A stretch of 64,000 bases of DNA. Origin: Planctomycetota bacterium (GTDB taxonomy: Bacteria > Planctomycetota > UBA11346). Position numbers and translations under genes: made by a program. How positions within the stretch are numbered: the first letter of the stretch is position 1; every line of letters begins with the position of its first letter. Positions 45,733-55,434 of the stretch are shown here, piece after piece. Below the pieces are notes generated by a model. It ran no database searches. It worked only from the letters and a program-made list of their open reading frames with translations, and was not told the origin of the DNA. The stretch is taken from assembly GCA_038213805.1 (NCBI GenBank), contig JBBQSO010000008.1:36597-100596 (forward strand). The letters are read 5' to 3'.

Positions 45733-48345
45733 TCAGCGCCACGTGGGAACGCGCCATTCTGCGCGCGCGAAGCGCAGCCGGGCCATGAGCTCGGCCATGC
45801 TCGCGGTCAGACCCATGGCGAGGGCGTCGTCGGCTATGGGCTGGACGCCAGGGACGCAGCGTGCGAAGAAGGCGGGCACCTCGCCGAGGTCGATGATCGG
45901 CAGCGCGGGCATTTGGCGGTGCAGGTCGAGGGTGAGGCGCTGCCAGGCCGCGCGTGCCGCGCCCTGCGGGCTGCTGGCGGCGAGGATGACGATCGGCACG
46001 GCGCCATGATCGCGCGTGCGCCGCGCCAGTTCCGCCAGATCCGCCGCTGCGATGTGCGGTTCGAGATCGGTCTCGAGCAGGATGGCCATCAGGTGAGGCG
46101 TGACCGTCCACGCGCGCGCGCACGCGGCGGGCAGGTCCAAAGCGTTGGCGTAGGCGATCTGCAGGCGCTCGTCGGGCACACCAGCCGAGGTCGGGTCGAG
46201 GTCGGCCAGGCCGGCGGCGAAGTGCACAACGAGACGTTGCGCGAGCTGGCGCGCTCCGCGTGGGCCGGGCCCATCGCCGGTGCGGATCGGCACCAGGATG
46301 CGTGCCCGCCCGGGCGCGGGGAAGTCGGTGTGGGCGGTCACCGCCACTCCGACCAGCGCGCGCAGGCCCTCTTTCTCGTGCGGGCTGCCGAAGGCACCGA
46401 AATCCATGCCCTGGAGCGCGCCGGGGACAGTGCCGAGGTCGGCGTAGCCCGGCACCCCACCGCTGGCGAATACCGCTTTGCCGACGATGAACGGATCGGC
46501 CGTGACCGCCACCAGGCGCACCTCGTCGACCGGCTGGTCGATCCCGCCCAGGGCGATGGACACGGGTGTCCATTCGTGACCGACGAGATGGATCCTCTGG
46601 ATCTTCCGCCACACCGTGCCAGCCAGGCGCTCGACCTCCAGGTCGCGATCAGCGAAGGCGCGCGGGTTGAGCAGGACGATCAGGCCGTCGTGCCCCGGAT
46701 GCTGCTGCCGTGGCGGGATCAGGCGCACCACCTGGCGACCATCGACGTCGCTGCTGCGCGTCATGGTGATGCCACCCAGCGGCACGCGCGAGGGGATGTC
46801 CGGGCGCCCTTCGCCGAGCGGCATGCCCACCAGTTGGGTTGCGGGGTCGCGTAGCTCCGTCACCTGCAGCGCGTGTGCGTGCATCGCGGCGGCCGCTGGC
46901 GCGGGCGTTGGCACTGCGGACGGTTCGGGCGGGGGCGGCGTGGCCGCGGACGGCACATCGGCCACCAGCGCGCCGGCAGCGGTCGCACCTGCGCCGGGCG
47001 CGGGAGCGGCCGCACCGTCGACCTCCGCCAGCGTAGCGATGCTGATGGGAGGGGCATCGCGCTGGAAAGCAGGTGATGAACCGGCAGCGGCGGGCGGCCC
47101 GCCACTGCTGGCCGCTGGCAGCGCCGCCGCGAGGTGATCGCGTCCGACAGCTGCTTGCGCAGGGGCGGGTGGCGCGCTGCCGGGCTCGCCGCTGCGCACG
47201 CGGTCGCTCGCCGGTGACGCTGGAGGAGCGGTGGACTCCGCGCTGAACACGGTGGCGGTCGGCACGGTGGACGGCGGCGCCTGGTGGCGCGGCCACACCA
47301 TCACCCCCAACGCGCACACCGCCGCAGCGATCAGCAGCGGAGCCGCCACCCGCCGTCCGGGCGCGCGCGGCCGCAACCGCACGCCTTCCTCAGCCACGCG
47401 CAGGGTCGCCTGCACCGGCAAGGTGCCGCGCGCGTCGTGGACCGGCTTCGTGGTGCCGGTCGGTTCCTGCGGCTGGAGTCCGCCGCCCACCAGCGCGTCC
47501 CCGGGGATGCCGGGCAGCGCCGCGCGCAGTGCGCTCGCGAAGTCCGCGGCGTCGGCGAAGCGGTCCGCGGAGCGCTTCGCCAAGGCGCGCGCCACCAGGG
47601 CGTCGAGCGCGCCGAGGTCGGCGCGCCGCGACGAGACCAGCGGCACCGGCGCGTGCACGTGCTGCTGCAGCGCGAGCAGCATGCTGGTCGAGGAGAACGG
47701 CGTGGTCCCGGTCAGCGCATGGAACAGCGAGCAGCCCAGGCTGTAGATGTCGGAGGCCGGACCCACCCCCTGGCCCTGGCAGGCCTCGGGGGACATGTAG
47801 GCGGGGCTGCCGAGCAGCGCGCCACTGCGCGTCAGCAGGGCCGCGTCGTCGGCCTTGGCCAAGCCGAAGTCGGCGAGCTTGGCCACCCCTTGGCGCGTGA
47901 CCATGATGTTCTCGGGCTTGATGTCGCGGTGGACGATGCCGAGGCGATGCGCCGCGGCCAGCCCATCGGCCGCTTGGCGGTGCAGGTCGAGGACCTTGCG
48001 CACGCTCAGCCGCTGCGCCCGGAGCAGGCTGCCGAGGCTCCACCCATCCACGTATTCCAGGACCATGACGAACATCGACCGGCCGTCCGGACCCGTGCAT
48101 GGCCCGATGTCGTGACAGGTGATCACATTCGGGTGCTGCACGCGGCCCAGGGTCTGCGCCTCGCGACTGAAGCGCTCAAGATGGGCGGGATCGCCGGTCA
48201 GATGCGGCGCGATGATCTTGATCGCGACGGTGCGGCCCAGCGCACGCTGGGTGCCGCGGTAGACCGCGCCCATCGCACCTTTGCCGAGCAGCTCGTCGAA
48301 ATGCAGCGTCGCGGTCGCGAATCCGCACAGGGGATCATCAGGCAT
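45733..48345 (-). CDS. Hanks-type Ser/Thr protein kinase with TM, Pro/Ala linker and unknown C-terminal domain
   Basis: LGKGAMGAVY, VAIK, HRDIKPEN, DFGLA, GSPAYMSPE. Confidence 0.9.
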   Translation of the reverse strand: MPDDPLCGFATATLHFDELLGKGAMGAVYRGTQRALGRTVAIKIIAPHLTGDPAHLERFSREAQTLGRVQHPNVITCHDIGPCTGPDGRSMFVMVLEYVDGWSLGSLLRAQRLSVRKVLDLHRQAADGLAAAHRLGIVHRDIKPENIMVTRQGVAKLADFGLAKADDAALLTRSGALLGSPAYMSPEACQGQGVGPASDIYSLGCSLFHALTGTTPFSSTSMLLALQQHVHAPVPLVSSRRADLGALDALVARALAKRSADRFADAADFASALRAALPGIPGDALVGGGLQPQEPTGTTKPVHDARGTLPVQATLRVAEEGVRLRPRAPGRRVAAPLLIAAAVCALGVMVWPRHQAPPSTVPTATVFSAESTAPPASPASDRVRSGEPGSAPPAPAQAAVGRDHLAAALPAASSGGPPAAAGSSPAFQRDAPPISIATLAEVDGAAAPAPGAGATAAGALVADVPSAATPPPPEPSAVPTPAPAAAAMHAHALQVTELRDPATQLVGMPLGEGRPDIPSRVPLGGITMTRSSDVDGRQVVRLIPPRQQHPGHDGLIVLLNPRAFADRDLEVERLAGTVWRKIQRIHLVGHEWTPVSIALGGIDQPVDEVRLVAVTADPFIVGKAVFASGGVPGYADLGTVPGALQGMDFGAFGSPHEKEGLRALVGVAVTAHTDFPAPGRARILVPIRTGDGPGPRGARQLAQRLVVHFAAGLADLDPTSAGVPDERLQIAYANALDLPAACARAWTVTPHLMAILLETDLEPHIAAADLAELARRTRDHGAVPIVILAASSPQGAARAAWQRLTLDLHRQMPALPIIDLGEVPAFFARCVPGVQPIADDALAMGLTASMAELMARLRFARAEWRVPTWR

Positions 48346-48469
48346 AGCGGCACGGTCGCATCATACCCCTAGTACGGCTGGTCGGCAGGTAAGACCGGAA
48401 CCCGGCCACCATGGCTGTGCAGGGTTCCTGCAGGTGGATGCTCGCCGCGATGCTGACCAGCGCCGGACC

Positions 48470-50263
48470 TTACGCCAGCGTGATCACCAACACCCGGCCG
48501 TCATACGTCGGCACCAGCAGCTTGCCGCCGACGGCCACCGGTCGGTTGAACTTGGGATGCAGGAATTCCCAGTTCCACGCTTGGCTGTCCCACAGCGGCA
48601 GCAGCGCGCCGCTGCCATCGGCCCACGTTGCGAACTGCGCCGCGTCGTACGCGAGCAGCCGGCAGTTGGTCGGGTAGCGATTGGCGTCGCCATAGGGGAT
48701 CATCGCCCAGACGATGCCGTCGCGCGTACCGTTGGCCGAGAGCGCGAGGCTCCATCCGGGCATGCCGCCGCCCGCCTCGGTCACCTGCGCCGAGGCGAAT
48801 TCGGCGCTGCAGCCCAGGTAGGACGAGGTCTTGGCCGGCGTCACCCGCCACGCGCGCAGGTTGCCGTTCTCGCCGCCGCAGAAGTGCATGCGCCCATGCG
48901 CCTGGCTGGTCCAGGCGAGCGGCGTGCCGTGCAGATGGCGGGTGCGGTTGCCGCTCAGCCAATTGAGGTTGCGCGGGTCCGGCGTGGCCGGGTCCATGCC
49001 GGGATCGTAATAGGTGTAGAGGATCGGCGGCGCGGCCAGTTTGGCGTAGTTGAAGGCGGCGGCCGCGGGCGCTGGGGCGAGGTCGGCCGGTTTCGTGTCA
49101 CCTGGGTTGGCGATGTCGATGGTGTAGAGGATGCCGTCCTTGCTCGACACCAGGGCGATGCCCTCGGCCTCGAGCAGCACGATGCCGCTCGCGCCGAGAT
49201 CCTGGTCGCCCCAGGCGCCGCCCATGTCCATGGCCGCCACGCCCGCGCGCGCCAGGTGCGGGACGGCGCGGAAGTTCGTCGCCTTGGGCAGCTTTGCCAA
49301 AGCCGCCGGCGCGGCGCGCGGTGCAGCCTGGGCGCGCGGCGCGGTGCGCGCCTTGTCGGTCCATGGCGACCACCAGCCGGTGACCGCGAGCTTCCCCGGC
49401 GTGCCCTGGGCCGGCGGATCGTAGCGCAGCCGCACGACGCACTGGCCCCAGTCGACCTGGCCGTCGAAATCGCCGTTGCCGGTGACCACCCAGATCGAAC
49501 CGTCGGCCTGGACCGCCGGTCCCGAACCCGACATCCAGATCCCACCGCCGCTGCCGCGCACTGTCGAGGTCCAGCACGCCGCGATCTTCCAGGTCGCGGC
49601 ATCGACCGCGATCACCCAGCCGCGCGCCGTCTGCGAGGTCTCTTGGATGGTGCCGAAGCTGATTACCACCGCGCCCTTCACCAGCGCGAGGGCCGCGCGC
49701 TGCTTGCGCTCCTGGCTGCTGAATTTCTGCACCGGCAGCCCATGCCCGGGCGCGTAGGTCGCACCATGCAGATTCAGCGCCGGATGGCGCGCGGCGCCGG
49801 TGACGATGTCCAAAGCCACCACCAGGTGCACCGCGGTCTGCCATTTCCCGGTGCCATCCGCACTGGTCCAGGCGCAGGCGTAGAGCACCCCGGCGGCGCG
49901 GTCGATGACCGGCGTCGAGAGGATGCCCCAGGTGATGTTGATCCGGTAGGCGTCAATGTCGTTGCTGCCGGTGACGGGCCTGCCGACGTTGCTCTTCCAT
50001 AATTCCTCGCCGCTGTCCGCATCCCACGCGTACACGGTGTTGCCCATGGTCGCCTGGTAGATGACGTTGCGCACCTTGCCGCGGATCTGCAGGCCGGCGA
50101 CGTAGAGCGGCTGGGCCTCCAAGCGCGGGTCGTCCGGCGTGCGCAGGGTCAGCGCCGTCCTGATCCCGCGGGTGCGCACCGCCGCAGGCGTCAAGGTGGT
50201 CTCGGCGAGATGGGCGCCGGAGCGGGCGGCGTCGCAGGAACGCGTCAGGACATCGGTGTTCAT
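48470..50263 (-). CDS. PQQ-like beta-propeller protein without signal peptide
   Basis: AQPLYV, VYAWDADSG..LW, GI.STPVID, GGIWMSG, D.DLG.SG, KFN.P; ATGA overlap with amylase gene. Confidence 0.7.
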   Translation of the reverse strand: MNTDVLTRSCDAARSGAHLAETTLTPAAVRTRGIRTALTLRTPDDPRLEAQPLYVAGLQIRGKVRNVIYQATMGNTVYAWDADSGEELWKSNVGRPVTGSNDIDAYRINITWGILSTPVIDRAAGVLYACAWTSADGTGKWQTAVHLVVALDIVTGAARHPALNLHGATYAPGHGLPVQKFSSQERKQRAALALVKGAVVISFGTIQETSQTARGWVIAVDAATWKIAACWTSTVRGSGGGIWMSGSGPAVQADGSIWVVTGNGDFDGQVDWGQCVVRLRYDPPAQGTPGKLAVTGWWSPWTDKARTAPRAQAAPRAAPAALAKLPKATNFRAVPHLARAGVAAMDMGGAWGDQDLGASGIVLLEAEGIALVSSKDGILYTIDIANPGDTKPADLAPAPAAAAFNYAKLAAPPILYTYYDPGMDPATPDPRNLNWLSGNRTRHLHGTPLAWTSQAHGRMHFCGGENGNLRAWRVTPAKTSSYLGCSAEFASAQVTEAGGGMPGWSLALSANGTRDGIVWAMIPYGDANRYPTNCRLLAYDAAQFATWADGSGALLPLWDSQAWNWEFLHPKFNRPVAVGGKLLVPTYDGRVLVITLA

Positions 50264-52023
50264 GGAAGCTCCTCGGCCGCCGTGTAGGTGACGGACAGTT
50301 CGAACGGGATCCCGGCGGCCGGCAGTCCGGCGCCAGTCATGCGCAGCTCGTGCCAGCCCGCGCTGGCGGCGGTGGCGTGCAGCGCCTCGGCCGCGCCATG
50401 CGCCACCATCGTCCAGGCGTGCGCGCCCAGCGCCACGGCGCCGGGCCCGACCAGCGCGACGGTCACCTCGGACTGAGGAGTCCACTGCGCCCCCGCGAGG
50501 TGGAGATGCAGATGGACGGTGATCGCCTTGCCCTTGGCGCACCAGATGCGCCCGCAGTGGGCGGTACCATTCACCGCTGGACCGAGGTCGAGGTCGTGCG
50601 CGCCGAAGAAGGTCTGGGTGGTGGTGCGCCGCGGCCGCGCCCCGCCGGCGCCGACGCCGGCGTGCGAAAAGCACAGGTAGGCCTGGCCGTCGCGGCGCCA
50701 GTTGCCCGGCAGGGTGAAGGTCGCGCGGCCCTGGCCGTCGGTCCAGATATCGCCATGGCGGCCGGTGTAGTCGTGCAGCTGGCGATTCGCGCCGAAGGCG
50801 GTTGGGCAGGTGATGGTGCGCGCGCCTTCTGCCGCGAAGTGCAGCGCGGTGAGCAGGCCAGGAGCGCCCAGGCGCTCGATCACCATGCAGCCACGATCAA
50901 GCCAGCGCGTCGCCGTCGCCCCCGCGGCGAGGTGCTCGTGGATCCACACCAGGTTGTCGATGAACGGCTTGAGCCCATACGCGCCCGGCCACACCGACGC
51001 GGGGAAGTAGTCCTTGCCGAAGACGAATGGATAGCCCTCGATGCTGAGGATGAAGGCGTAGGCGAGCAGCTTCTGCGCGATGATCGCCTGGCCTGGCTGC
51101 AGATCGGTGTCGGGGCTGTCGACGAAGGTGCAACTCAGCCACGGGCGCCAGGCGGTGTAGCCCGCGCCGTCGAGGCCGCTGGCGTCGCCGTTCTCGCAGG
51201 CGGCCTTGAGCGCGAAGTGCAGGGTGAAGTCCAGCACCAGCGAGCGCGATGACAGCGGCGCGCTGGTCGCCCACCAATCCAGATTGGCGGGATTGCCGTC
51301 GAAATACTCGGAGTACGCGAACTTCCCCGCCATGGTGCGGCTGCGTAGGAATTCGCTGACGAAGGGCGCCCAGGTGCCCTTGGTGTCGTCGATGCGCATG
51401 CCGTCCGCGGCGGTGGTGCGCAGCAGCCAGTCGCCGTAGTCGAGCGCATCGTCGGTGGTGTAGCGCGCCGGCTGGCAGTGCTGGTAGACCTTCTCGCGCC
51501 CGAACGGCTGGTCATCGGCCGGCACCGGCACCTGGTCCTGGGGGCGGTTGGCGGGCGGCACGTTGCGGAAGCAGCCGGCCTGCATGGCGCCGCGGCCGTT
51601 CAGGGTGTGGCCGTCGGCGCCGACATACGAGAAGCGCCCGGGACCGCCGTTCTCGCCGCTGAGCTGGTGCAGGACCACGTCGAGGTAGACGTCAATGTCT
51701 GCGGCGTGCGCGACCGCGACCAGGCGGCGCAGCGCCTCGGCCGTCCCGTAGCGCGTCGGTGTGCTGCCCTGCTGCGGTTTGCTGCCCAGGTCGCGCGGAT
51801 CGAAGAGGCCGTACCCGTCGCAGCCACGCCCGGCGCCGCCCTGGACCTTGCTCGCCGGCGGCAGCTGCAGGGCGGTGAAGCCGATGCGCCCCAGGGTAGC
51901 GGCCTCCCTGGCAAGGAAGTCCCACAACCACGGAGCGTGCGCATCGGTCGACGGCGCCGGGACGGTGATGTGGTTGCCCTTCGGGTCGATGAAGCGGCCC
52001 CAGGCGATCAGCGCGACTCCCAT
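50260..52023 (-). CDS. GH13 alpha-amylase family protein (atypical motifs) with extra C-terminal domain
   Basis: GFTALQLPP, GY..FDP.DLG, TRYGT, DGMRIDDTKG, SEYFD, FVDSPDTD, GYP.VF. Confidence 0.85.
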   Translation of the reverse strand: MGVALIAWGRFIDPKGNHITVPAPSTDAHAPWLWDFLAREAATLGRIGFTALQLPPASKVQGGAGRGCDGYGLFDPRDLGSKPQQGSTPTRYGTAEALRRLVAVAHAADIDVYLDVVLHQLSGENGGPGRFSYVGADGHTLNGRGAMQAGCFRNVPPANRPQDQVPVPADDQPFGREKVYQHCQPARYTTDDALDYGDWLLRTTAADGMRIDDTKGTWAPFVSEFLRSRTMAGKFAYSEYFDGNPANLDWWATSAPLSSRSLVLDFTLHFALKAACENGDASGLDGAGYTAWRPWLSCTFVDSPDTDLQPGQAIIAQKLLAYAFILSIEGYPFVFGKDYFPASVWPGAYGLKPFIDNLVWIHEHLAAGATATRWLDRGCMVIERLGAPGLLTALHFAAEGARTITCPTAFGANRQLHDYTGRHGDIWTDGQGRATFTLPGNWRRDGQAYLCFSHAGVGAGGARPRRTTTQTFFGAHDLDLGPAVNGTAHCGRIWCAKGKAITVHLHLHLAGAQWTPQSEVTVALVGPGAVALGAHAWTMVAHGAAEALHATAASAGWHELRMTGAGLPAAGIPFELSVTYTAAEELP

Positions 52024-52032
52024 GGCGGCGTC

Positions 52033-52542
52033 CTAGTGGAGGTAGAGCAGGGCGGCGCACGGCAGGAGCGCGCAGCCGGCGATGGCATGCGCACGCCGGG
52101 TGTCATCCAGCCGGCGCAGACCGCCGACCACCAGGCCGCCACACGACCAGATCGCGCTGACCAGGCCGAGCAGCGCCGCCTGGACGAGGAGATCGCCACC
52201 CGCCGTCGCGTGCTGCGCGCCGGCGACCAGGTTGTCGGCGCTCATCAGCGCCGGCAGGGCCAGGGCGATGCGCGCATCCGCGCGCACCGCCGCCCAGGAC
52301 GCGGCCGCCAGGCAGTAGCAGGCGTAGGCGACCACCAGCAGCGGGATGCCGATCCCGACGACGCCATCCAGACCCGCCGCCTGCGGCAGCATGCCGCCGA
52401 CGACGTAGGCCAGCGCATCGCAGATCCCGAACATGGCTGCGAACCGCCAGCGCCTGGGTGACCTCGCCAGCACCGGAGCCAGGGCGGCCGAAGCGATGAG
52501 GCTGTCGACGCTGAGCAGTCCAGCGCTGGCGAAGTCGAGCAT
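52033..52542 (-). CDS. MntP/LysE-superfamily-like membrane protein
   Basis: Two internal motifs LSVDSL and MSADNL, FG.CD, hydrophobic; GGAG RBS. Confidence 0.5.
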   Translation of the reverse strand: MLDFASAGLLSVDSLIASAALAPVLARSPRRWRFAAMFGICDALAYVVGGMLPQAAGLDGVVGIGIPLLVVAYACYCLAAASWAAVRADARIALALPALMSADNLVAGAQHATAGGDLLVQAALLGLVSAIWSCGGLVVGGLRRLDDTRRAHAIAGCALLPCAALLYLH

Positions 52543-52928
52543 GGGGGACTCCAAGGTGGCCGGACGGCAAGGGACGAAGGACGCGGCGACCAATCCCGGA
52601 CGGGTCCACGCGCGTCGACACCAGAGTACGGAGGACGACCGTGGTGAAGCGGAAGCCCGCACCGAGCAGGCGGGTTATCGCCACCAGCCGCGACGATTCC
52701 AGCCAAACCCGGCCGGCCGTAGAGCCATCAAGATTGCGTGAATTAGGCGCACCCGCCTCGCACGACCACGCACGGGGTTTGCAGATGCGGCGAGCGTCGT
52801 TGTCAATGCGCAGCGACTGCTGCTGCACTCCGCACGTTCACCTCACGGTGCAGGAACGTGCACGGGTCGAGGCGTTATTCTTGCTCCATCACTCTCAAGC
52901 CAATCAATGACTCGCACCTCGCACCTCG

Positions 52929-54557
52929 CTAAAGGATGTCCCGGAAGCTGTGCTGCGGATTCTGTCCCGCGCAATACCGCTTGTCCCATTCACCCGGAAA
53001 CAGCACCACCGGCTTGCCGCGGTGATCCCTGGCCAGCATGGAACCGTGCGTCGGCTTGAAGGTGTCGACGTCGCCGACCAGCCAGGCGCTGCACTGGAAG
53101 GGCAGCTCGCTGAGCTCGGTCTCGACGCCGTATTCGTCGCGCAGGCGGTACACCAGGACTTCGAACTGCAGGCGGCCGACCGCGGCGATGAACGGGTCGC
53201 CGGTGGGGTTGTCCCAGCTCCGGAGCACCTGCACGGCGCCCTCGCTGGCGAGCTGGAGCATGCCCTTGTCGAACGACTTGCGCTTGGTCAGGTCGGCGGG
53301 CTGGATGCGCGCGAAGACCTCGGGCGGGAACTGCGGCAGCGGCGCGTGTTCGAAGCCCTCCTTGGCCGGTCCGGCCTGGGCGAGGATGGTGTCGCCGATG
53401 GCGAAGCCCGCGTTGACCAGGCCGACCACGTCGCCGGGATAGGCGACGTCAAGGGTGGTGCGGTCGCGTGCGACCATGGTCTGTGGGCGGCTCAGGCGCA
53501 ACTCGCGCACGAACTCGCCGCGGTGGTAGTGCTTGACCACCAGGTCGCGCTCGAAGCGGCCGCTGACGATGCGCACGAAGGCCAAGCTGTCGCGGTGGCG
53601 CGGATCCATGTTGGCCTGGATCTTGAAAGCGTAGGCGCTGAACGGCGCGGTCAGCGGGTCGATGGTCACCGCCGTGCCATCAAGGCGCGTGGCCTGGCGC
53701 GCGCTGGGCGAAGGCGCGAGCTCGACGAAGGCGTCGTAGAACGGCTCGATGCCGAAGTTGGTCAGCGCCGACCCGAAGAACACCGGGGTGATGCGACCGG
53801 CGAGGAAATCTTCGCGCGTGAACTCGTTGCCGGCGATCTGCAGCATCTCGAGGTCGGTGCGCAGCTTGGCGGCCAGTTCGGGGCCGAGGATCTCGCCGGC
53901 GCGCGCCGCCGACAACGGCACGCGTTCAAGTTCGGCGCGCTGCGCGCCGCCAGCGGCGGTGCGACGGAAGGCGAGCAGGTCGCCGGTGCGGCGGTCGACC
54001 ACGCCGCGGAACTCCTTGCCCGAACCGACCGGCCAGTTCATGGCGCTGGCCTGGATGCCAAGCACCTCTTCGACCTCGGTCATCAGCTCCAGAGGATCGC
54101 GGCCGGGCAGGTCGCACTTGTTGATGAAGGTCAGCACCGGTACGCCGCGCAGTTTGCAGGCCGCGAACAGCTTGCGCGTCTGGGTCTCGACGCCCTTAGA
54201 GGCGTCCAGCACCATGATCGCGCTGTCGGCCGCGGTCAGGGTGCGGTAGGTGTCTTCGCTGAAATCCTGGTGGCCCGGCGTGTCGAGCACGTTGATGATG
54301 CAGCCCTTGTACTCGAACTGCATGGCCGAGGCGGTGATCGAGATGCCGCGCTCCTGTTCCATCGCCATCCAGTCCGAGGTCGCCATGCGCCCGGTCTTGC
54401 GGTTCTTGACCATGCCCGCGGTGCGGATCATGCCGGCATAGAGCAGCAGCTTCTCAGTAAGCGTGGTCTTGCCCGCGTCCGGATGGGCGATGATGGCGAA
54501 GGTACGGCGGCGCGCCGTTTCGGCGGGCAGCTCGGGGGCGGTCAGGGCGGCGGACAC
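52929..54557 (-). CDS. prfC: Peptide chain release factor 3
   Basis: RRRTFAIIAHPDAGKTT, SDWM.MEQERGIS, DTPGHQDFSEDTYR, G.LQFEV. Confidence 0.96.
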   Translation of the reverse strand: MSAALTAPELPAETARRRTFAIIAHPDAGKTTLTEKLLLYAGMIRTAGMVKNRKTGRMATSDWMAMEQERGISITASAMQFEYKGCIINVLDTPGHQDFSEDTYRTLTAADSAIMVLDASKGVETQTRKLFAACKLRGVPVLTFINKCDLPGRDPLELMTEVEEVLGIQASAMNWPVGSGKEFRGVVDRRTGDLLAFRRTAAGGAQRAELERVPLSAARAGEILGPELAAKLRTDLEMLQIAGNEFTREDFLAGRITPVFFGSALTNFGIEPFYDAFVELAPSPSARQATRLDGTAVTIDPLTAPFSAYAFKIQANMDPRHRDSLAFVRIVSGRFERDLVVKHYHRGEFVRELRLSRPQTMVARDRTTLDVAYPGDVVGLVNAGFAIGDTILAQAGPAKEGFEHAPLPQFPPEVFARIQPADLTKRKSFDKGMLQLASEGAVQVLRSWDNPTGDPFIAAVGRLQFEVLVYRLRDEYGVETELSELPFQCSAWLVGDVDTFKPTHGSMLARDHRGKPVVLFPGEWDKRYCAGQNPQHSFRDIL

Positions 54558-54607
54558 GGCGGGGTAGGCCTTGGGGATGAGGGAAGGGGAAGGGCGGAAG
54601 GGCGGAA

Positions 54608-54638
54608 GGGTGCGGGGTGCGGGGTGCGGGGTGCGGGG
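54608..54638. repeat. (GGGGTGC)n heptamer repeat in a G-rich tract upstream of prfC
   Basis: gggtgcggggtgcggggtgcggggtgcgggg. Confidence 0.75.
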
Positions 54639-54811
54639 AGAACGGGGCGGGGGAGGCGGCAGGGTCCGGGGGGATGGGGCGGGTGCAACCGGCAGGTCGG
54701 GAGAACGCGACGGGGACAGCGGCGCGGCCGGAGAACAAGTGCACGCCGCGCATGACCGGGTTGCGCCCATCACTGGTGGCATGCGCCACTTCGCGCGTAC
54801 GGTCGCCGCTG

Positions 54812-55426
54812 ATGCCGAGCAATGGACACGTACGTGACGATTCACCCGCTGGTCAGGCTGCAGCGTGGTCTGACCAGGATTTCCGCCATGCGCATCCCGA
54901 CGTGCCCGCGCACCTGCCGTACCAGCCTTTCTATTGTGAAGAGAACATCTGGCAGCTCTGCAGGCACGCGCAGCCCGGCCCGGGCGAGCGCCTGGTCGCC
55001 GTGGTCACCGGGTATGGCGGCCACTGCGCGCTCTGGCACCAGCGCACCGCCGCGGTGGCCGGCGACGCGGTGCTATGGGATTACCACGTGATGCTGTTCG
55101 CCGGTGGCCCAGATTGGCAGGTATGGGACCTCGACACCGACCTTGGCCTGCCGGTGCCGGCTGCAACTTACCTCGACGCCACCTTTCCGACCGGACCGCG
55201 CATCCCGGCCCGCTTCCTGCCGCGCTTCCGCGTGGTCGTTCCGGATGACTACCGCGCGCACCTGCGCAGCGACCGCTCGCACATGCGCGATGTGCACGGC
55301 GAACTGACCTGCCCACCGCCACCCTGGCCGCCGCCGGGCGGCGGCCGGGACACCAATCTCGCACGCTTCATCAGCGGGGATGGGACGGTGGTGGGCGAGG
55401 TGGTGGGGTTGTCTGGATTGAAGTAA
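54812..55426 (+). CDS. Protein N-terminal glutamine amidohydrolase (NTAQ1/WDYHV family); alternative start GTG 54902
   Basis: YCEENIW.LC, WDYHV, DLDT, FRV, SDRSHM, PPP.P, NL..FIS in the eukaryotic NTAQ1 order. Confidence 0.9.
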   Translation: MPSNGHVRDDSPAGQAAAWSDQDFRHAHPDVPAHLPYQPFYCEENIWQLCRHAQPGPGERLVAVVTGYGGHCALWHQRTAAVAGDAVLWDYHVMLFAGGPDWQVWDLDTDLGLPVPAATYLDATFPTGPRIPARFLPRFRVVVPDDYRAHLRSDRSHMRDVHGELTCPPPPWPPPGGGRDTNLARFISGDGTVVGEVVGLSGLK

Positions 55427-55434
55427 AAACTTGG

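Noticed and set aside
52543..52910. yybP-ykoY (Mn) or c-di-GMP riboswitch upstream of the MntP-like gene
   Set aside because: Hairpins and a minus-strand TTGACA are present, but I could not match the conserved aptamer motifs; an Rfam/Infernal scan is needed.
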